Shown here: one piece after another, positions 9,359 to 16,889 of the stretch
Numbering within the stretch: position 1 is the first letter of the stretch
How the letters are laid out: every line of letters starts with the position of its first letter
Assembly (NCBI GenBank): GCA_002788865.1
Contig: PFSC01000156.1
Span: 1 to 34,786, forward strand
DNA length: 34,786 nt
From: Candidatus Roizmanbacteria bacterium CG_4_9_14_0_2_um_filter_39_13
GTDB taxonomy: Bacteria > Patescibacteriota > Microgenomatia > UBA1406 > GWC2-37-13
Direction: 5' to 3'
Translations under genes and position numbers: made by a program
Notes under the pieces: model-generated
Database searches by the model: none
Told to the model about the DNA's origin: nothing
Seen by the model: the letters and a program-made list of their open reading frames with translations, nothing else

Positions 9359-10216
9359 ATGATAAATAACAATTTAAACTCTTTGGCAATTTTTGAAACG
9401 TATAAAATACGTAGGCACTATGACAAAAAAACTGAAACGTGGTATTTCTCGATCATAGATATTATTGCGATTTTAATTGAACAGGATAATTTTAAAAAAG
9501 CTCAAAGTTATTGGACAACTCTTAAACATCGTCTAAAAAAAGAAGGGAATGAGTCTGTCACAAAATGTGACAAACTGAAAATGTTATCCGCTGATGGAAA
9601 ATATTACAAGACTGACGTGGCAAATGTAGAGATCCTTCTTCGCCTGATACAATCAGTCCCATCTAAAAAGGCCGAACCCATCAAGCTCTGGCTTGCAAAG
9701 GTGGGTTATGATAGAGTACAGGAAATGAGCGATCCAGAAAAAGCACTGAATCGGAGCCGTGACTATTGGCAAAAACAGGGGCGTAGCAAGAAATGGATAC
9801 AACAAAGAATGATGGGGCAAGAAACGAGAAACAAATTGACGGATTATTGGAGCGATCATAACGTGAAAAAAGGAGAAGAATTTGCAATTTTGACAAATAT
9901 TATTCATCAGGAGTGGAGTGATCTGTCTGTAAAAGGTCATAAAAACTTGAAAGGTTTGAAAACTCAAAATCTCCGAGATCACATGAGCGAAGAAGAGTTG
10001 ATTTTCACCGCCTTGGCGGAACTTTCAACAAGAAGAATTTCAGAAACGGATAAAACGGAAGGGTTGGAAGAAAATAAAATTCCCGCAAGAAAAGGTGGAA
10101 AAATTGCCAAAGATGCTCGTATTGCCTTGGAAGAAAAAATTGGACAAAGTGTAGTCACTGGGGAAAATTTTTTGCCACATTCAAGAAATCAAAAATCATT
10201 TAAGAAAAACAGCTAA
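9359..10216 (+). CDS. Bro-N domain DNA-binding protein (phage antirepressor-like)
   Basis: KIRRHYD...WYFSIIDII, YWTTLKHRL, LKMLSADGKYYKTD and RLIQSVPSKKAEPIKLWLA, plus a C-terminal NLRDHM..EL.F..LAE domain. Confidence 0.8.
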   Translation: MINNNLNSLAIFETYKIRRHYDKKTETWYFSIIDIIAILIEQDNFKKAQSYWTTLKHRLKKEGNESVTKCDKLKMLSADGKYYKTDVANVEILLRLIQSVPSKKAEPIKLWLAKVGYDRVQEMSDPEKALNRSRDYWQKQGRSKKWIQQRMMGQETRNKLTDYWSDHNVKKGEEFAILTNIIHQEWSDLSVKGHKNLKGLKTQNLRDHMSEEELIFTALAELSTRRISETDKTEGLEENKIPARKGGKIAKDARIALEEKIGQSVVTGENFLPHSRNQKSFKKNS

Positions 10217-10220
10217 CCAA

Positions 10221-10249
10221 TCGTTAATCACCAGCTTTTTTGATAAAAT
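10221..10249 (+). repeat. 29-bp direct repeat, copy 2, containing an extended -10 box
   Basis: TCGTTAATCACCAGCTTTTTTGATAAAAT, exactly 900 bp after copy 1. Both copies are followed 2 nt later by GAATGT. Confidence 0.9.
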
Positions 10250-10255
10250 GAGAAT

Positions 10256-10390
10256 GTGAAACACAATGAAGCAACAGATACGGATTTGAAAATAATAGAC
10301 CAACTTAAAAAGCTTGGATGGAATCCCGGCGATACTCTGCTATACCAACAGGAATATACCCTAATGCCCGAACAACAAAAACAATTTTAG
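10256..10390 (+). pseudogene. Truncated N-terminal remnant of a type I/IIG restriction enzyme (HsdR-N-like)
   Basis: 44-aa ORF below the ORF-track cut-off: (M)KHNEATDTDLKIIDQLKKLGWNPGDTLLYQQEYTLMPEQQKQF*. The NEA...I...L...GW...EY pattern is typical of HsdR-type nuclease N-termini, and the ORF stops before any catalytic motif. Confidence 0.55.
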
Positions 10391-10437
10391 TTCAAAAAGT
10401 ATTTGGAGAGTTTATAAAAGAATTCAAAAAATAAACA

Positions 10438-11637
10438 ATGGCAAACAAAAATCTTACAAATGCAAAACGAGAAAAGAACGATGAGTTCTATACGCAGTAT
10501 TCCGATATTCAAAAGGAGATTGAGGCGTATCTTGAATATGACCCTGATACCTTCAAAGACAAAGTCATCTACTGCAACTGCGACGACCCGTTTGAGAGCA
10601 ATTTTTTCCGCTATTTTGTACTAAACTTCAAGCGCCTGGGACTTAAGCAACTTATCACCACAAGCTACAAACCATCACCTGTAGCCAACACGCAACTAGC
10701 ATTGTTTGGTGACGATAAAACGCTCAAACCCATCAAAGGTCGTCCAAAAATCACGGCCAACAAATTTATCATTAACGATGTTGGCGATATGGATGGCGAC
10801 GGTGCGTTTAACTTGCAGGATATTGCCATGCAGCTCAAGGCCAACAAAAATAACGAGTGGGCGCCACTGGACGGTGACGGCGATTTCCGTAGCCAAGAGT
10901 GCATAGAGCTACTTCAGCAATCTGATATCGTCGTCACTAACCCTCCATTTAGTTTATTTCGGGAATATATTACGCAACTTTTCGCGCACAAAAAACAATT
11001 TCTGATCATTGGTAATCTTAATGCAATAACCTATAAGGAAATTTTTCCAATGATTAAAGGGAATAAGGTATGGCTCGGGAACAATGCAAGAGTTAATGGT
11101 GGTGCTATGTTCTATGAAATTCCAGAAGCTATTGCAAATCTCGATCAAGTTCGCGAAATCAAAACAAATGAACAAGGAAAAAAAATATATATAACAAGAG
11201 TGCAAGGCGTACGCTGGTTTACAAATCTCGATCACGGACGATTATATCAACCAATTCCTTTAATGACCGAGGCAGATGTAATAAAGTTCAGCACTAATAA
11301 ACTGTTCGTGCACTATGATAATTATGATGCTGTCGAAATATCCCTAGTCAAAAACATCCCGAAAGACTATAACGGAGTGATGGGTGTACCAATCAGCTTT
11401 TTAGACAAGTACTCCCCTAAGCAGTTTGAAATTTTAGGAACAAGTGATAATGGTCTCGTTGATGATAAATACAAGAAAACACCAGGTTTAACAAAAAAGT
11501 TTGTTGATGATTATTATAAAGATGGTGGTACAGGAGCATATAAAGAAGGTAATCCGACAGCTGGATACTATGAAAATAACGTCGCCAAGATGGCATATAA
11601 AAGAATTTTTATCAAGCACAGAAAGGAGAAATTGTGA
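10438..11637 (+). CDS. Adenine-specific DNA methyltransferase, EcoRI-methylase family
   Basis: KNDEFYTQ, IYCNCDDP..SNF, GDGDFRS.EC, DIVVTNPPFSLFREY, WFTNLD and IPKDYNGVMGVPISFLDKY motifs. Confidence 0.9.
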   Translation: MANKNLTNAKREKNDEFYTQYSDIQKEIEAYLEYDPDTFKDKVIYCNCDDPFESNFFRYFVLNFKRLGLKQLITTSYKPSPVANTQLALFGDDKTLKPIKGRPKITANKFIINDVGDMDGDGAFNLQDIAMQLKANKNNEWAPLDGDGDFRSQECIELLQQSDIVVTNPPFSLFREYITQLFAHKKQFLIIGNLNAITYKEIFPMIKGNKVWLGNNARVNGGAMFYEIPEAIANLDQVREIKTNEQGKKIYITRVQGVRWFTNLDHGRLYQPIPLMTEADVIKFSTNKLFVHYDNYDAVEISLVKNIPKDYNGVMGVPISFLDKYSPKQFEILGTSDNGLVDDKYKKTPGLTKKFVDDYYKDGGTGAYKEGNPTAGYYENNVAKMAYKRIFIKHRKEKL

Positions 11638-12800
11638 TTACAACACTCCAAAAATACACAATACATGATGTCGTAGACGGATTCGTTTATAACGAACTGG
11701 AAGGCAAAGGACTGTTTGGACTTGCGGGTAAGCTCACTATCCAGCCGGAATATCAGCGTAATTACATCTACGCCGGTGACGGTGGCAAGCGTGAGCAGGC
11801 GGTTATTGAATCGTTATTGAAAGAGTACCCCATAGGTCTACTGTATTTTAACAAGGTTAGTGATGACAAGTTTGAAGTCCTTGATGGCCAACAGCGCATC
11901 ACTAGCGTAGGGCGGTTTGTAACCGGTAAGTTTGCGATCAAAGACGCTAATGGACACGAACAGTATTTTAGTGGGATGGCTCAAAGCCAGCGCGAAAAAA
12001 TAATGAACGCGTCGCTACTAGTATATGTTTGCGTGGGTGATGAGCCTGAGATTAAAGATTGGTTCAAAACCATCAACATTGCCGGTGTGCCACTAACTCA
12101 ACAAGAAATTCTAAATGCTGTTTACTCTGGACCATTTGTCACGCTTACCAGAGAAGAGTTCAGCAACAGCAATAACTCACTTGTCCAAAAGTGGAGTGCG
12201 TATATTGCTGGCGACATAAAGCGCCAGGCATATCTAGAGTGTGCGCTGAACTGGGTGAGCCACGGTGAAATTGACGCTTATATGAGCAAGCACCGCCACG
12301 ACCATGATATTACCGAACTGAAATCACACTTTACAAAGGTTATTGATTGGATATCTGGCGTGTTTACCGATGTTGAGAGTGAGATGAGGGGCTTGGAATG
12401 GGGCAGATTGTACGAAACGTATTATAAGCAAGACTATGACCCAGCTGAAGTTTCTCAACAAGTGCGCGAGCTCCTCAGTAGTTTTGAAATAAAAGATAGG
12501 CGTGGCGTGTTCGAGTATATCTTGGGTGGTTCGCAAGATACCAAACTCCTAAATGTGAGGGTATTTGACGAACCTACTAAGAAGGTAGTTTATGCTAAGC
12601 AAACCAAAATCGCTCAGACTAAGGATAAGTCCAACTGTCCATTGTGTGCTATCGGTCACGATGCTAACCACGAAAAAATCTGGAGCTTCAGCGAGATGGA
12701 TGCCGATCACGTCTCAGCATGGAGCAAGGGTGGTGAAACAAATATTGAAAACTGCCAAATGCTCTGCAAGACGCACAATAGGGCAAAAGGGAATCGATAA
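11634..12800 (+). CDS. DUF262 (GmrSD/ParB-like) domain fused to a C-terminal HNH endonuclease
   Basis: IQPEYQRNY, LDGQQR and F..IN..G.PL (DUF262); CPLC...DADH..AWSKGG....NCQMLCKTHN (HNH). The GTG start overlaps the MTase stop (GTGA), with AAGGAG upstream. Confidence 0.9.
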   Translation: MITTLQKYTIHDVVDGFVYNELEGKGLFGLAGKLTIQPEYQRNYIYAGDGGKREQAVIESLLKEYPIGLLYFNKVSDDKFEVLDGQQRITSVGRFVTGKFAIKDANGHEQYFSGMAQSQREKIMNASLLVYVCVGDEPEIKDWFKTINIAGVPLTQQEILNAVYSGPFVTLTREEFSNSNNSLVQKWSAYIAGDIKRQAYLECALNWVSHGEIDAYMSKHRHDHDITELKSHFTKVIDWISGVFTDVESEMRGLEWGRLYETYYKQDYDPAEVSQQVRELLSSFEIKDRRGVFEYILGGSQDTKLLNVRVFDEPTKKVVYAKQTKIAQTKDKSNCPLCAIGHDANHEKIWSFSEMDADHVSAWSKGGETNIENCQMLCKTHNRAKGNR

Positions 12801-12813
12801 GTGAACCAAAATT

Positions 12814-14421
12814 ATGATCTCACAAATTAACATTAAAAATTTTCGGTCTATTAAAGAGCTGAGGTTTGAGCCCAATAGCCTTACAGCTCTGATTGGTCCG
12901 AATAGTAGTGGCAAAACTAATGTTTTGAAAGCAATCGATTTAGTTTTGGGTGAAGGGTGGACGACGAAAGCTAAGGTTGCAAGAGAACTCTTTAACGACA
13001 CAACTAAATCTATTGAAATAGAGATTGTTTTTAACACACCAATTTCTGTTCCGAGCAATAGCGGTTATCGAGACACTGAAGTTTCAAGTGTTGAACTCAC
13101 AATGTCGTTAATTCCTGAATTATCAGCCAGAACAACAATAAATGGAGGCAGTACTTTTTACGGTCAGGAAACATTTAAGAAGTTATGTCATTTCATTTTT
13201 ATCACTTCAGACCGAAATTTGTCATCTGAATTAAGGGTAAGTCAATGGACTATGCTTGGGAAGATGATGAGGCTAGTTTATGAGAATTATGTTATTCATT
13301 ATGATAACAATGAACAAAAACTAAAAGACGAATTTAAAGAAAAAATGTCTCTGGCAAAGGAGTTTCTGGAAGACGATTTCTCTCAAGATATTACTTTTAA
13401 AAAATTTGTAGATACCTTTAAAGCAAAATGTAAAGAAAATAGTCTCGGACTTGCTTGTGATTTCGATCCTAGTCTGGATATCTATAACCTAAATTGGTTC
13501 TATAAAACACTGCAAGTTCATGTAAAGGAAGATATTCCCAATAAACACTTCGATAGTGAAGAGGTGGGCGCTGGGATGCAGAACTTGTTGATGATATCTA
13601 TCTTTCAAACATATTCAGAATTAATGGGAGGAAAGGTAATTTTTGGTATTGAAGAGCCAGAAATTTATCTATATCCACAAGCACAAAGATCACTATACAA
13701 AAGCTTTATCGAGCTGTCAGAAAATACACAAATCATATATACAACACATAATCCCAACTTTGTAAGTGCATATAGGGCTGATGATATTCTTTTACTCAGA
13801 AGGAGCTCTGAACTAGGGACTTACAAACTGAAAAAGGATGACTATTTTAACAGTGAGAACGCTGAAAATGATGGTGTTAAATATAAGATATACACTCATT
13901 TCAACGCGGAGAGAAATGAGCTTTTCTTTGCAAAGAAAGTATTGTTAGTCGAGGGGGCTTCAGACAAAATTTTGTTTACCACTTTGTGCGAAGAAAAATG
14001 GAATATAGACTTGGATGCACTTGGAATTTCGGTGATATCCTGTAGTGGAAAAGGTGGAGTCAATTATTTTCTGGGGGTCTGTAACTTAATTGGATTAGAA
14101 ACTTATTTTGCAGTATGGGACGAGGATCCAGAAGATAAAAGTTACAAACCAGAAAAGGATTTTTTACCTAACGTTTTAAGTAATGGTACCGGCCTAGAGG
14201 TCGCGGTGAATTTAGAATCATTTTTAGGTTTATCTAGTTCCAATGATTCAGGGAAAGTAAAAAACGCACACAAATGGGCGCTCGATGTCAAATTCGATGA
14301 AATCCCAGACGAGTTTCAAAAGCTAAAGGATTTTTTGTCTGAGGAGATTCCGGATATCGACAATAGCGAAAAATTAGAAGAACCTATGGCGTCAAGTACA
14401 GAAGATGATATACCTTTTTAA
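12814..14421 (+). CDS. OLD-family ATP-dependent nuclease (ABC ATPase plus TOPRIM)
   Basis: IKNFRSI, Walker A GPNSSGKT, signature GAGMQ, Walker B IEEPE.YL.P, H-loop TTHNP, TOPRIM LLVEGASD and DxD (WDED). An acidic tail ends in EDDIPF. Confidence 0.88.
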   Translation: MISQINIKNFRSIKELRFEPNSLTALIGPNSSGKTNVLKAIDLVLGEGWTTKAKVARELFNDTTKSIEIEIVFNTPISVPSNSGYRDTEVSSVELTMSLIPELSARTTINGGSTFYGQETFKKLCHFIFITSDRNLSSELRVSQWTMLGKMMRLVYENYVIHYDNNEQKLKDEFKEKMSLAKEFLEDDFSQDITFKKFVDTFKAKCKENSLGLACDFDPSLDIYNLNWFYKTLQVHVKEDIPNKHFDSEEVGAGMQNLLMISIFQTYSELMGGKVIFGIEEPEIYLYPQAQRSLYKSFIELSENTQIIYTTHNPNFVSAYRADDILLLRRSSELGTYKLKKDDYFNSENAENDGVKYKIYTHFNAERNELFFAKKVLLVEGASDKILFTTLCEEKWNIDLDALGISVISCSGKGGVNYFLGVCNLIGLETYFAVWDEDPEDKSYKPEKDFLPNVLSNGTGLEVAVNLESFLGLSSSNDSGKVKNAHKWALDVKFDEIPDEFQKLKDFLSEEIPDIDNSEKLEEPMASSTEDDIPF

Positions 14422-14454
14422 ACTATAAATTACCAAATTATTCAAAGAAATTTT

Positions 14455-15741
14455 ATGAACGATATTATATGTCCACACTGTAAAAAAGTTTTTAAAGTTG
14501 ATGAAGCTGGGTTTGCGGATATCCTCAAGCAAGTCCGTGATCATGTATTTGACAAAGAACTACATGAACGATTAGAGCTAGCTGAAAAGGAAAAAGAGAA
14601 TGCTGTTAAGCTTGCAGAATCAAATCTTAAAAACACATTGCAGGCAGAATTGGCAAAGAAAGATAAAGAGTTGGCAGAGTTAAGAGCCGAAAATGATCGT
14701 AATCTTGCGGAGAAATTAGCAAAGAAGGAATCTGAGCTTGCTGAAATAAAGTCAAAACTTGATAAAACAGATGTTGAGAAGAAATTAAGTGTTACTGAAG
14801 CAGTAAAGAAAATTGAAAAAGAACGCGACAGTCTGGTTGGAGAGCTGAAAAGCAAAGAAACCGAGAAGCAATTGCTTGAAAAATCTTTACAGGAAAAGTA
14901 TTCCTCTGAACTCAAGACTAAAGACGACATTATCAAGATGAAAGATGATGAGATCGCCCTTCGTAAAGATATGAAATTAAAACTCAGTACCAAAATGGTG
15001 GGCGAGACTCTGGAACAGCATTGTGAGATCGAATTTAACAAGCTTCGCGCCACTGCCTTTCAAAGTGCCTATTTCGAAAAAGACAACGATTCAGCATCTG
15101 GAAGCAAGGGTGATTATATCTATCGAGAAACTGATAAGTCGGGTAATGAAATTATCTCGATCATGTTTGAGATGAAAAATGAAGGCGATGAAACTGCTAC
15201 CAAAAAACGTAATGAAGATTTTTTGCGAGAACTAGACAAAGATCGCACTGAAAAGAAATGCGAATATGCTGTTCTTGTTTCGCTTTTGGAAGCGGAAAAT
15301 GAATTATACAATACTGGTATTGTTGATGTCTCTCACAAATTTCAAAAAATGTATGTAATCCGCCCACAGTTTTTTATTCCAATAATAACTTTACTTCGAA
15401 ATGCAGCAATGAACTCTCTTAAATATAAGACTGAACTTGCTTTAGTAAAAAGTCAAAATATTGATATAACTAACTTTGAAGACAATGTTAATAAATTCAA
15501 AGAAGGGTTTGCAAAAAACTACGATCTAGCAAGTCGAAAGTTCAAAAATGCTATTGAAGAAATAGACAAAACCATTGACCATCTTCAAAAAACCAAAGAT
15601 GCCCTCCTGTCGTCAGAAAATAATCTTCGTATAGCTAATAATAAGACAGAAGATTTGACAATTAAACGGTTAACGCGAGGGAATCCTACAATGTCAGCTA
15701 AATTTGCAGAGCTTTCCGATTCCAATAAAACTATAGAATAA
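14455..15741 (+). CDS. DUF2130 family protein (CxxC, coiled coil, PD-(D/E)xK-like domain)
   Basis: N-terminal ICPHCKKVF, a long coiled coil, then [37 protein letters not shown] and YVIRPQFF. Confidence 0.82.
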   Translation: MNDIICPHCKKVFKVDEAGFADILKQVRDHVFDKELHERLELAEKEKENAVKLAESNLKNTLQAELAKKDKELAELRAENDRNLAEKLAKKESELAEIKSKLDKTDVEKKLSVTEAVKKIEKERDSLVGELKSKETEKQLLEKSLQEKYSSELKTKDDIIKMKDDEIALRKDMKLKLSTKMVGETLEQHCEIEFNKLRATAFQSAYFEKDNDSASGSKGDYIYRETDKSGNEIISIMFEMKNEGDETATKKRNEDFLRELDKDRTEKKCEYAVLVSLLEAENELYNTGIVDVSHKFQKMYVIRPQFFIPIITLLRNAAMNSLKYKTELALVKSQNIDITNFEDNVNKFKEGFAKNYDLASRKFKNAIEEIDKTIDHLQKTKDALLSSENNLRIANNKTEDLTIKRLTRGNPTMSAKFAELSDSNKTIE

Positions 15742-15797
15742 AAGATATGAACACATTCAAACAATCAGCAATAGAAATTTTTAAAATTCAGATGAAC

Positions 15798-15823
15798 TAC
15801 CCCGAAGCAGAGCTTCGAGGAAT
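15798..15823. repeat. Short GC-rich hairpin (CCCCG...GG.AT type) at the right border of the island; REP-like or terminator
   Basis: TACCCCGAAGC-AGA-GCTTCGAGGAAT followed by a T run. Its layout resembles 30717..30741. Confidence 0.55.
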
Positions 15824-15868
15824 TTTTTCGATTAAATAAGAGTTCACTAAAATCACCTTAAGAAATAT

Positions 15869-16873
15869 ATGAATATACAAACTATTCCTGACAACTTTGA
15901 CCAACAGGAATTCAATCAAGTCGCGCATCACCCCCTCCAATCCTGGGAGTGGGGAGAAGTTCGTAAAAAAACTGGTATAGCAGTGGTTCGTATTGGTCAG
16001 TACGATCAAGACGTTCTTCAGAATGTATTTACAATGACACTCCACAACATTCCGCATACTTCTTTTCAGGTTGGATATATCCCTCGCTCTGTCCTTCCGA
16101 CTGAGGCACTTCTCCACTTTTTGAAGGAATATGGAAAAGAACACAATCTTCTGTTTATTAAATTCGAGCCAGATGCTAATAAAGATATTGTAAATTGTAA
16201 ATTAATTGAAAATTGCAAATTGAAAATTGAAAATTTTAAGAATTCCCCCCACCCTCTTTTCCCAACTTGGACACAAATACTCGATTTGAAGCCCGATGAA
16301 GATACGCTCCTACAGAATATGAAATCAAAAACAAGATACAACATCCGTTACGCCGCGCGGAAAGGTGTGACTGTGCGCGAAGAGTCGGATGACCAAGGTT
16401 TTAAAGTGTTCTCAGATCTTTATTTTCAAACAACCAATCGGCAAGAGTATCGAGGACATAATAGGTCGTATCACAAAACCGTCTGGGAAGGTCTCAAAAA
16501 TACCCATGCTCATATCTTGATCGCGTACCATGGTGATGAGCCTCTTGCTGCATATGAGCTTTTTCTCTTCAAAGGAAAACTGTACTATCCGTACGGAGGA
16601 TCTTCCGAATCCAATCGAGACCTCATGGGATCAAATCTTCTCATGTGGGAAGCAATAAAGTTCGGAAAAAAATATAACGCAACAGAGTTTGATATGTGGG
16701 GATCGCTCCCTCCTACGTATGATAGGGATGGAAAATGGTCAGGATTTACGAGGTTTAAAGAAGGATATGGAACAAGCTTTGTAGAATTTGTGGGAAGTTA
16801 TGACCTTGTGATACAACCACTTCTGTACTTCGGATATAACGTGGTATTCAAGATCCGAAATATGATGATTTGA
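15869..16873 (+). CDS. FemABX-family peptidoglycan bridge aminoacyltransferase
   Basis: HPLQSWEWG, YIPR, IKFEP, KTRYNIR.A.RKGV, YYPYGGS, LMWEAI and GFTRFKEGYG motifs. Confidence 0.9.
   Translation: MNIQTIPDNFDQQEFNQVAHHPLQSWEWGEVRKKTGIAVVRIGQYDQDVLQNVFTMTLHNIPHTSFQVGYIPRSVLPTEALLHFLKEYGKEHNLLFIKFEPDANKDIVNCKLIENCKLKIENFKNSPHPLFPTWTQILDLKPDEDTLLQNMKSKTRYNIRYAARKGVTVREESDDQGFKVFSDLYFQTTNRQEYRGHNRSYHKTVWEGLKNTHAHILIAYHGDEPLAAYELFLFKGKLYYPYGGSSESNRDLMGSNLLMWEAIKFGKKYNATEFDMWGSLPPTYDRDGKWSGFTRFKEGYGTSFVEFVGSYDLVIQPLLYFGYNVVFKIRNMMI
16185..16237. repeat. Degenerate 7-bp tandem array inside a CDS
   Basis: ATATTGT AAATTGT AAATT AATTGA AAATTGC AAATTGA AAATTGA AAATTTT, encoding IVNCKLIENCKLKIENF. Confidence 0.85.
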
Positions 16874-16889
16874 TCTTAAGGTCGCACCC

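Noticed and set aside
9359..10216. Prophage, suggested by the antirepressor-like gene
   Set aside because: No integrase, structural, replication or lysis genes are nearby.
10438..11637. Classical EcoRI R-M system recognising GAATTC
   Set aside because: There is no EcoRI-like endonuclease. GAATTC occurs repeatedly in the window (for example near 846, 4573, 8537, 10420 and 15908), and specificity cannot be read from family membership.
12814..14421. Gabija or retron-associated OLD system
   Set aside because: No UvrD-like GajB and no reverse transcriptase is adjacent.
14541..15053. 170-aa antisense ORF and other antisense or alternative-frame ORFs inside long genes
   Set aside because: These are Ser/Phe/Leu-rich mirrors of Lys/Glu-rich coding strands with no independent motifs.
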